DNA from: Schmidtea polychroa
Lineage: Eukaryota
Direction: 5' to 3'
Length of the DNA stretch: 64,000 nt
Assembly (NCBI GenBank): GCA_044892525.1
Contig: CM097885.1
Span: 252,836,001-252,900,000, forward strand
Positions 50,424 to 60,668 of the stretch are shown in pieces. A program made the position numbers and the translations under genes. Under the pieces are notes generated by a model. It had not been told where the DNA came from and did no database searches. It worked only from the letters and a program-made list of their open reading frames with translations. Positions within the stretch are counted from its first letter, which is position 1. Each line of letters opens with the position of its first letter.

Positions 50424-53018
50424 TTATAATATTTAACAATACCATACAATTTAAGACAAACATGATTATTTAGATACCAAATAGCAAATATTTAGGCCAT
50501 TTAATGAAAAATACTTGGTTATTTTAAATATTGAAATTTCTGAAGTAAAATATTTCTTGAAAAATTTACCAATGTAGTTAGAAATCCCTGTTTTTGGTTG
50601 TACCAGTTAATTAAAATATTCTTGGATTCATAACAATTTTTATATAGTTGATAGTAATACCAAATATTTCAATCATTTAACTAGAAACATATTTAGTATA
50701 ATATTTAAAATTATTAATGTATGATTAATTGGGGGTAGTTTTGAATAAAATTCTTAGGACTATTCTTTGTGACTATTTTAGGAACTAATTAACAATTTAT
50801 ATTGAGGAAAACAATTAACAAATTCATAGAGATTTTATATACCTCTCTGCGAAATATCATTTGGAGATATTAATTAGTAAATTCTTTAGCAAGAAACATG
50901 TTTATTTCACATTCAGCAAATTTATATTCAATTTATGCATGTTTGATAGAAAAACAGGATTATTTTAGAAATCAATTCATAGGTATATTAGAAGCAAGAT
51001 CATTTAAGCCTTAAATTTTAAGGTATCATTCAGTAAATGAATTCCTAGATAATATAGTATTTTTGAGTAATTTTTCGTTAATTTTTTAAATAACAGTATT
51101 TTGATGTATCAATAAAGACAATTTGGGTAGCATATTGCAAGTTCTTATATATACTCCGAGTTTATCCGACAAGATATTTTGTCCCCCTAAGGGTATTGCT
51201 TGCAAGGGTACTGCTCACATTCAACATGTCACAAGGGTATATTTATTAGTAAATTAAGGTACATGATATCAGTTAGAAATTCCTAGGTAATCTAGTGAGA
51301 AATAGATGCTCATATATATCTTTATCAGAAATTCGTGAATAATTAGAATATTTTAAATGTAACTTTTACCGAATTCTTATTTTGATCGACTAATTTATTG
51401 GTTAACTTTGTCATTTAAAATAATATTTAGCAAAAGTAATTTAGCAAAATATCATTGAAAGATTTATCCACCCGATAACAATATTCCTTCAAATGACCAT
51501 ATTTTACCCTTAACTGATATTTAACCGATTTAATTTCTAATTAAAATCATAAATTTCCTTCAATAAAGTTTAATTTTCTTTAGCTGCTGTCGATGTCCAA
51601 CTCTTTTAAGTCAATATTTCTCAAGTTTTGTCACCGATATCCCCACAATGAATATCCGTCTATAACATGTTAAATAAAGATAAATAATTTAAAGCAATAA
51701 CCTTTGATATCATTCCCAATTAATTCTAAAGATTTCAAATATTTCATTGTCAAAACCAAGTAAATAAACATCCAATTGATCATTAACCCTAAACGACTTA
51801 ATAAAACCGTGGATAATTAATAGAAAATTAATAAAAACTGGTTCTTAAGTAAAACATAAATCTAAATTACTGTGCAATTACATTCATTACAACCTAATAA
51901 ACTTAAAACGATATAATTTAACAGGAACTATTATTGACTCATAGCTAAATACTGACTATTTCCCTTGAAACATTGGTATTTTACCAATTAGAAAATTGTC
52001 GATTTAAATAGAGATATTCAAAACATTTCCACTTTAACCGATCTCTCACCAAATATTTCTACCTTTTTAAACATCTAACCGACTATATTCCTTAAAAATC
52101 ATATATTCCCATCTTAACCAAACCCTCACTAAATCCAACCGGCTATATCCCTTAATTTCACACACTTGAGGCCTTTAATATATCAATTCTCTTAAAATCC
52201 ATAGAAATTTCTTCAAAATATGAATTTTATTTAATTGTTACAGATACCAAACATTTTTCCATTGAAATAATTTAGTAGCTAAATTCATATAGTAAGAGCC
52301 CACTAAAAAATCAAAATTAATTAAAATCAATATTTTCTACAGATATTTGACCACATTTACCATCAAATATCTAACTAGGGATGATAATTTCTCATTGATT
52401 GATCATAATTCTTCATCGATTCAGCCAATTATAGCAATTATAACTTGATATATTTTTCAAACTAAATCAAAAATTTCAATATATTTTACAATAATTTTCA
52501 AGTAGATTTCAAATAAAATTCATGATAAAATTAGCTGGTTTCAACTTTAGATTTTTAATATTTAAAAGTTCATCAATGTGTAAATGGAAATATTCTTAGA
52601 AAATATATGAAAAAATTATTTAGTCAAATTATCATTACAGAGTCATCATAAAAATTAAATAATTTATCCTATCACTTGATTATTGTAAAAAAATATAGCA
52701 AATTATCAAGAAATTAATTAAATTTGTCTTAGAATTAACAATAAAACCTTAAATTTTTAAATATTCTTTCAATTAACATGAAATTCACAAAAGATTATAG
52801 TAATTCACTTGAATATTTACTCTAAAAAATTACCAATGAACTTAGTGCCAAATAATAACCAAAGATTTGCCTTTAATAAAATCATTAAAACACACCAGTA
52901 CCCTTGCGACCAGTACCTTACGACCAGTACCTTAAATTTGCGACATGTTGAAAGTGAGCAGTACATTTATTAGCAATACCTATAGGGGGTCAAAATATCT
53001 TGTCGGATAAACTCCAAG

Positions 53019-53023
<5 letters not shown>

Positions 53024-53082
<59 letters not shown>

Positions 53083-53083
53083 C
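53024..53083. repeat. (AAT)n inside the right TIR
   Basis: Precedes TCACCACGCGCGTT; mirror of 50347-50422. Confidence 0.95.
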
Positions 53084-53784
53084 ACCACGCGCGTTATTTA
53101 AAATGAGTTATCCATTATTGTTAAAAAATTTTCAATTCTTAAAAGTTGTTGAATTATCCCTTACTTATTGCCCATTACACACATGCACTCATAAAATCAG
53201 TTTTTTCTACACCGATATATATATATTTAACCTACTTTGAGTTAGACTAATCATTGAAAATATATTATAAAAATTTTCGATTCCTAAAAGTTGTTGAAAG
53301 ATCCTTTATTTATTGCCCAAAACACACATGCCCGCATAAAGTCAGTTTTTCTAACCCAGATATATATATATTTGACTTACTTAATTTTTCAAAAATTTTA
53401 TAATATTTTTCAGTTGACCTACATATTTCTAAAAAAATTTCTAAGTATTTTGAGTTGACCTACATAAAAATTCTGAAAATATTTATGTAGATACCTTGAA
53501 AATTGTAAAAAATTATTAAATTTCTGAGAAAAACCATTGAAAAATATAAAATTTCTGAGAAAAATATAAAATTTTCGAGAAAAACTCTTGAAAACCGTTG
53601 AAAATCTTAAAAAATTATAAAAAATTATAAAAAATTATAAATTTTTGAGTTGACCTACTTTTTTTCAAAAAAATTTTTTTCCCCCGGGGGAGGGAGTATG
53701 GCAGTTAGCGGGTTCCAAACCATCTATTAACACACAGTTTAGGTTTTGTGTTTCCTAAAATGTGAAAATGTAAATTTATTAGTA

Positions 53785-53980
53785 CAGTCGAATCCGCTTA
53801 ATATCACGGTGTCCGGCCGATATATAAATGTGATATAAACCGAATGTGCTATTAAGCGAAAAAAATTAAATACTACTTAAAATATAATGAGTGTATTATC
53901 TACGGTTTTTGTTCTACATCTTGGCGTGATAATAAGCGTATTGTGATATAAAACGATGTGCTATTAAGCGGATTGTACTG
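53785..53980. mobile_element. Tigger-type MITE (196 bp)
   Basis: TA|CAGTCGAATCCGCTTAAT ... ATTAAGCGGATTGTACTG|TA. Confidence 0.85.
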
Positions 53981-55792
53981 TATATGTAAAAAATAATTTT
54001 TTATTGTCTTTTATGATAAATTCTAGAAATATATTTAAAGTTTTTTAAAAATTTACGAGGATAATTTTCTTTAAAAAGTGATGTCAGTGGCGTATTTTTG
54101 AATATTTTGATTTTAATCTTTTTAATGTAACTTATTGCTTTTATGTGTTCAACCTTTATTATAAGGTATGAAGGGTGAGAAGGTGTGTCATACTGGTGTG
54201 ATTTTATTGATCTAGTTTTATTACTTTTTTCTAATGATTAAAAGCTGGTGAAGTACAGAAAAGTAGTTGAATCAAAATATGATATAATTTCACCTGTCAA
54301 AATATAAAAGTAAAATGTAATATTTATATTATTATATTATTATTATTATTAAAATTTATATTATCATACATTGTAAATAGAAAAAATGCATTTCATTGAT
54401 TAATAAAAAAGTAAGCATGACTATAATAATCTTGGAGGACATTCACTTAATGAAATGTGCATGGAAGGACGTTAAATCTACCGACTTCAAAAATTAAGTT
54501 TTTGTTATATAACAATCCGAATGATTGAAACAATAAATTATTATAAATTTTGATAAATCTCACTGCTAATGAATTAAAACATCGTATTAACTTGGCGAAG
54601 AATGGATGGTAAAAACCATTGAAGTAGTATGCTTAATTATCAGGTTTGCGGGATTTGTGTAAGGAATCTTTCTTTGGAAATGGTAAAGTACGAATTTTTC
54701 AAAAGAACTCAGGAGATTCTTCCAACCCCAAAGCTTTGTAGGCTAGATCACAGGTTAAACATATTCAAAAGATCACTGCATTCAAACAACAAAATCTCGG
54801 TGAAGTATTAGTTTTATATTGTCTTTTTTCTATTATACATACGATTGCTCTAAATTCCATATTAAAATTAATAGCGATAATTTATTGAAGTCTCTGAGTG
54901 AAATACATATTCATGAAAAGGAAGATAATTCAAAAATGAAAATTATTTTATTATCTCGATATAAACGGATATATGCTGTCAAAGTTTTACCTTCTATAAA
55001 ATTAAAAGTTTCATTTATATTTTTAATTACATCAATCTAATATATATATATATATATATGATTTTATTAAAAAAAACTTGAATAAAATACAAATATATAA
55101 ATTAAGGTAAACATATTATTGTGAAATCCTTGGGGAGGGACATTGTTTAGGGAGGGTTAATAAGAAGTATTGAAAATAATGAAAGTAATTGGATTGAAAT
55201 ATAATTGTTACCCCGTAAGCCATTTGATGCATTGTACGAAGTGGCTCCATTAGTGGCCATGGAATTTTGATTACAAGTTTATATGTGTCATATCCATTAG
55301 ATAGAATAGAGTTCACGTTATATTTCCCACATCGTGAATATCACTTTTCTATTACATGTATTTATTCGACATACCAAGAAAAATAATAATGCTTATATAT
55401 TCGTCAGTAGACAATAAATAGACAAATAAATATGGCATAATCATTTAAGGGGTTAATAATTATTAATTAATTTTATCGCTACGGTGTATGTTACAAATGT
55501 TATGATGTTATAAAGTCAACCTTTCGCAATAACTGAACAATTTTTAGCATCATTCATGCAAGTTGCACTTAAACAATATTTATTAATAATTTTAATTTAA
55601 ATTTATAATTAATATTAGATGCGATGTAATTGTATTGGGATATTTTATTGTCATAATCCCTATATTATATTTATTAAACCCGCTTAATTGTTGCATGTGA
55701 ATACATGCATGTTTGATTGATTGTCTTCATTGCCTGAGTCCTAAATTTATATCACTGTTTATTATTTATCTCAATAATGCATGTACTGTAGA

Positions 55793-56663
55793 CAGGCCCT
55801 AGGAGAGGCCCCAAATCTTCAGAACACAAATTTATTGTTAGAAGCAAGAGATGCAACTTTGGATGTCGAGACCGAGAATATAGATGCACTAATTAATTCA
55901 ATAAAATTAATGCGATGGGAAAAGGTGATGAGTGATAGTAAGGAATATGCTGAAAAATTCTCCATTCACGCATCATTTAAAATTAAAAGAAAGTTTATTG
56001 ATGAAGCAGCTGTTGAGTTACATTATCAACAAATATTCAATAAGATCATTTCAGTTTTACAAAAAATCATTACAAACTCGGTTTTCAAGAATGAATGAAA
56101 TTTGTGATAATTTTAAATTCCTGTGGACCTTCAATAGCATTGATGAAGACATATTGCAAAATCAGTGCGACAAGATTAAAATTAAATTTTCGGATGACAT
56201 TTCAAGAGACCTGTATGATGAAATGATATTTTTAAAAGCATTTACGCAACCAACTTCAAATCATCAAAGCCAAAAGAAGTGCTTAAATCTATTATTGAAA
56301 TGAATTTGGAGTCAATTTTTCCAAATCTTGTAGTTGTATTAAGAATATTTTTGACAATCCCGGTTTCTGTAGCCGAGTCTGAACGTACGTTTTCAGCTCA
56401 AAAACGTATTAAGAATTTCTTGAGATCTACAATGGCACAAGAGCGGCTAAATGGATTAGCAGTGCCGCATATTAATAACGATATTGCAAGAAACCTAAAT
56501 TTTAGTGAAATAATTGATAAATTTGCAATTTCAAAAGCCCGTAAATCATAAATATAATAAAATTTGTTCTTATATTGTGTTGTCGCTAACTATATATTTT
56601 TTTTAATTATTAAAAAGGGGCCCCAAAAAAAATTTTGCCCCGCACTCTCACTCCTAGGCCCTG
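55793..56663 (+). mobile_element. hAT internal-deletion derivative (871 bp) retaining the dimerisation domain
   Basis: TIR CAGGCCCTAGGAG / CTCCTAGGCCCTG (12/13) and perfect TSD ACTGTAGA. 56279-56551 encodes FPNLVVVLRIFLTIPVSVAESERTFSAQKRIKNFLRSTMAQERLNGLA (hAT C-terminal dimerisation motif). Confidence 0.92.
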
Positions 56664-56670
56664 ACTGTAG

Positions 56671-56677
<7 letters not shown>

Positions 56678-56740
<63 letters not shown>
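56678..56740. repeat. (TA)n microsatellite abutting the transposon terminus
   Basis: Direct reading. Confidence 0.97.
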
Positions 56741-56743
<3 letters not shown>

Positions 56744-59573
56744 GGTGGAGTGAAAATGACCGAAAAAAAATTTTTTGACTTAGTAGACTTTGGATAGTTA
56801 TAAAAACTTGCTATGAGGTCCAATGAAGTACTCTGTAAAGAAAAACAATAATTTAAATAATGTCTTGAGGTTCCACAACCAACTTTAAAATGTAACCATT
56901 GATAAGAAAACGATAATGTATTTGCTATTATTGACATATTATTGAAGTCATTGATAGCATTTAAATAATATTTTCATTACTTTTAATAGCAAAATATTTG
57001 CCACCCATACACTATGGATTTTAAATGCCTCTGGTTTTCCTTTTTAGAGTTGCAATGGCTGTAACCAGAAAGAAAGTGTCTTGTGTCATCTTTGGTGGTC
57101 CATCCGAGATGCCCGACAATGAACTACCGACTTATGCAGATGTTATGAAATTCTACAACCTGACAAAGCAGAGACTGAAATGCGAATTGAACAATAAAGA
57201 TCCTTCACATCGCAACGTGGCAGAAACAGTGTCAATGAAAGTAGAACAAATATGGGACAAAGCTTCCATACCACATGTAAGCCACCGCCGTGTTCATGAA
57301 ATGTTGAACGTGTACCACAAGACGTTCATGAAATTGCTGAAGCCGTATAAATCTAGGAAGGACTCAGAACCATACAGAGAGAAAATATCGCAGTTTAAAG
57401 ATGAATCGATTAAACTCTTTGACATTTGCTCCTGCAAGTGCTCTTGTATGTCTCAGTGTCACTGTGAGAAGTCAAGAAAGATACCCACAATTAAACGTGA
57501 CTTTCTAGAAGATCAGTGGGGTTCACGCTGTATGATCATAGCTGAAGTTGATGAGTTTGAATCCAGTATATTACAAAAGCGGTATATCCGTAAAGAGTCG
57601 ACACAGAGGCAGATGTGTACCAAATCTGCCATTGATGACATCGGTGATAAACAGTCGGATGTCTGTGACGAGATTTCTGGAATGGAAGAGGAAATGGATA
57701 CCGGCGATGATGACTCTGATGACGATTGTATAAGCCAAATAAAACAACAGCGAAAATTGAATGACAAGCAGATGAGAGTTAAGCTACCGTCGTTGGCTTT
57801 AGCGTGTGATCGACATGGCGTATCCGACAGGGCGGCAGCAGGAATCGCCAGTGCTGTTCTTCAAGATGTTGGAATAATCCACGAACATGATGTTTCTAAA
57901 GTGATTGACAGAAGTAAAGTGCGTCGAGAACGTTGTAATAAGCGTGGCGCATTATGTGCCGAAGTCAGTAACACAATCACTGGGTTATATTTTGACGGCA
58001 GAAAAGACAATACAATGACCCAAATTAAAGAATGCGATGGTAAATTTCATCGGAAAATAATAACTGAAGAACATATATCGATTATAGCCGAACCAGGAGC
58101 TACATATTTCGGTCACATTACACCAACTGCAGGGTCAAGCAAAGTTATCACGGCTGAGTTGATTGCATATTTGAATAAAAGAAATGTTGACACGAGTGGC
58201 ATAAAAGCAATAGGTTGTGATGGGACAGCCACTAATACGGGCATTCGAGGAGGCATCATTCGATTACTTGAAGTGACGTTACACAGACCGCTACAGTGGT
58301 TCGTATGTCAGTTGCATGCAAACGAATTACCGTTAAGACATTTGTTTCAGTATCTCGATGGACCTACCAATGGTCCAAAAGGATTTTCTGGTCCCATTGG
58401 AAAGTCATTGTTGAATTGTGAGAAGCTTCCCGTCGTTGACTACATGCCGATAAACTGTGTTCTACCGTCAAGTGCAAATTCCAACGATTTAAGTACAGAT
58501 CAGAAATACCTGTTCGATTTGTGTACTGCTGTAAGTGTTGGTATTTGTCCTGTCGACCATTCACTTCGCAATCCTGGTCTTATCAACCATTCGAGATGGT
58601 TAACCACGGCTAATCGCATACTACGTCTGTATGTTGCCACAAGAAGCCCGTCGGATGAACTAAAGACGCTTGCTACCTTCATCGTAACAGTTTATGCACC
58701 TGCATGGTTTGAAATAAAGAATACCCCTTCGTGTAAAGACGGCGCTCGACATGTCCACAGTACGATACTGAAATCACGCTACCTCACAGACGAGCTGAAG
58801 AAAGTTGTTGACCCGGTAATTCAACGCAACGCATTCTTTAGTCATCCAGAAAATCTGTTGCTTGCGATGCTTACCGATGAAAGATCAGATATACGCGAGT
58901 TAGCTCTGCGACGCATACTGAAATCCAGAAAGCAGAAACGTACGACTTCAGTTAGATCTTTCTGCGTGCCAGTAATCAACTTTGAGGCTACTAGCTACAT
59001 AGACATGATCGATTGGCAGAAAACTCCGATCACAGAGCCTCCAATCGTAGTGGACATTGACGAAGATACTTTGTTAACCATGATCCGGGAAGAAGAAACG
59101 CCAAGACTGGATTTCGCCCGCTATCCTTGTCACACCCAGGCAGTAGAGAGACATATCAAGCTAGTGACAGAAGCATCCGAAATGGTGTGTGGTCCAGAAA
59201 AACGCGACGGATTCATTAGAGCACGCTTGGAATCGAGATTGAAAATGCCAAAACTGGACACCAAAGCCCAACATCATTTGTAGTTATAAAAACATGTTAG
59301 ACAGTTTGCATGTGGTTTCCCTTCACAGATATGGTTCTTATTACTTGTAATGTTATGTACAGACTGTTAAAAAGTTAAACCATAACATAAATATGTTACT
59401 TATAAAAAATGTTTTTTTTAAAGATTATTGCTTTTTTATCGAAATATGTCTATACTTTAGGTCAATTGTGGAACCTCAAGATATGCTTTAAATTGTCTAA
59501 TTGTTTGCCACATTACTAATTGCATGTGTTACCAAGTTTTTATAGCTATCCAAACAAGATATTAAGAAAAAAA
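56741..59573 (+). mobile_element. hAT-like (hATm-type) DNA transposon; right end in N gap
   Basis: Left terminus TAGGGTGG. Subterminal inverted blocks TTGGATAGTTATAAAAACTTG / CAAGTTTTTATAGCTATCCAA and CTTGAGGTTCCACAA / TTGTGGAACCTCAAG. Single long ORF. Confidence 0.8.
57055..59283 (+). CDS. Intact hAT-like transposase (~740 aa)
   Basis: FDGRKD, IGCDGTATNTG, CQLH (CxxH), SRWLT and HTQAVER give the D-D-CxxH-RW-E layout of hAT enzymes. The first ATG in the ORF is at 57025 (752 aa); MAVTRK at 57055 follows an acceptor-like TTTTAG and is the more likely start. Confidence 0.85.
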   Translation: MAVTRKKVSCVIFGGPSEMPDNELPTYADVMKFYNLTKQRLKCELNNKDPSHRNVAETVSMKVEQIWDKASIPHVSHRRVHEMLNVYHKTFMKLLKPYKSRKDSEPYREKISQFKDESIKLFDICSCKCSCMSQCHCEKSRKIPTIKRDFLEDQWGSRCMIIAEVDEFESSILQKRYIRKESTQRQMCTKSAIDDIGDKQSDVCDEISGMEEEMDTGDDDSDDDCISQIKQQRKLNDKQMRVKLPSLALACDRHGVSDRAAAGIASAVLQDVGIIHEHDVSKVIDRSKVRRERCNKRGALCAEVSNTITGLYFDGRKDNTMTQIKECDGKFHRKIITEEHISIIAEPGATYFGHITPTAGSSKVITAELIAYLNKRNVDTSGIKAIGCDGTATNTGIRGGIIRLLEVTLHRPLQWFVCQLHANELPLRHLFQYLDGPTNGPKGFSGPIGKSLLNCEKLPVVDYMPINCVLPSSANSNDLSTDQKYLFDLCTAVSVGICPVDHSLRNPGLINHSRWLTTANRILRLYVATRSPSDELKTLATFIVTVYAPAWFEIKNTPSCKDGARHVHSTILKSRYLTDELKKVVDPVIQRNAFFSHPENLLLAMLTDERSDIRELALRRILKSRKQKRTTSVRSFCVPVINFEATSYIDMIDWQKTPITEPPIVVDIDEDTLLTMIREEETPRLDFARYPCHTQAVERHIKLVTEASEMVCGPEKRDGFIRARLESRLKMPKLDTKAQHHL

Positions 59574-59720
59574 NNNNNNNNNNNNNNNNNNNNNNNNNNN
59601 NNNNNNNNNNNNNNNNNNNNNNNNNNNNNNNNNNNNNNNNNNNNNNNNNNNNNNNNNNNNNNNNNNNNNNNNNNNNNNNNNNNNNNNNNNNNNNNNNNNN
59701 NNNNNNNNNNNNNNNNNNNN

Positions 59721-60132
59721 NAAAAGGTGCTGGCAGTATCTGTACTATCCTTTATATGCAAGAAATGACGCTGAAATTAGCTAACAAATAAAATAATTTT
59801 GCAGGACACCAAATATACACTTATTAGTTATTAGTAACTTATTACCGATAAATTTTATAATGTAGAAAAAATGTAAAGAAAAATGAAATCGTAAAGTTGT
59901 TTATAGCAAATTCCATTGTAATAATAGTAATAACGCATAGGAAACACGGAGTTATGATTCACTCGCTTTGGTGTACGACTATTACTTTTAATTTGATTGT
60001 AATTGACTATTTGAAATGTCAGAAATAGAAATATGACAAAGAACCAAAACATATGTTAATTTTTTTAAATCATTCAGCGAAAAAAGGTCCCGGAACGCCG
60101 TTCCGGAGCATTCTGTCAGAAAAAAAGCACTG
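59721..60132 (-). mobile_element. Non-autonomous hAT-like element, copy 2
   Basis: Inverted homologue of 16262-16644; terminus CAGAAAAAAAGCACTG at 60117-60132. Confidence 0.7.
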
Positions 60133-60668
60133 TATATTTGATTGATATCAAAATTAGACATTTATTTTATTGCGAGATAGTTTATAATTAATAAATTAAG
60201 AACTTCAATTATTTTCATTATGCCTGTAAATCAAAATTTAATTTTTATTGTAACACTAATAAAAGCGGTGCCATGAAAATTTAAGTTACAAAGAAAGATG
60301 AGAATAAATAGAATATAAAACGAAAGCTGATTAAAGGTGAAGAAAAATATAAAAGATTTTATTAAAATTGCAATTTTATTTATTTAATTAATTTAATCTT
60401 GTTTAATTTAAAGTTCAACGTACTTTTTCGTTAATAATCACTCCCCATTTCTTCCGTTTGCCAGAATGAAAAACTTATGCCGCATTGATCAGTCTTTCGC
60501 ATGTATATGTAAATATTTAGGTGAAAACTTAAAAGTTAATAAAATTTTTCTTCCTTGATGGACAAAATAAATTCTAATAACATTATTTATTAATAAATGT
60601 TCAGATTTATATTTGTGAGACTTATTATTTTTGCAATATTTATCATATTCTTTGATTAAGATCTAGGG

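Larger units (their letters stand above)
49817..53728. mobile_element. 3.9-kb non-coding long-TIR element; candidate non-autonomous Polinton/Maverick
   Basis: 6-bp TSD AACACA (49811-49816, 53729-53734); termini AGTAGATGGTTTGG / CCAAACCATCTATT. Inverted arms 49817-50422 vs 53024-53728 continue as ~51148-51240 vs ~52930-53023. No long ORF inside. Confidence 0.75.

Noticed and set aside
52890-52940. Three short tandem ACCAGTACC(C)TT units as a CRISPR-like array
   Set aside because: No spacers and a eukaryotic context; these are subrepeats of the long-TIR element.
49819-53726. Reading the long-TIR element as TA-flanked (Tc1/mariner type)
   Set aside because: Extending each end by 4 bp keeps the inverted match (3/4) and exposes an exact 6-bp duplication, which is more specific than TA.
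55116-55330. Candidate for the missing discoidin exon (NWIEI on the plus strand; 66-aa ORF on the minus strand)
   Set aside because: The WIEI reading is on the wrong strand and has stops; the minus-strand ORF lacks an in-frame acceptor and discoidin motifs.
8104-59768. All ORF-track entries containing X runs
   Set aside because: They are open only because N runs contain no stop codons. Only the DDR-like pieces flanking the 30454-30740 gap have independent support.
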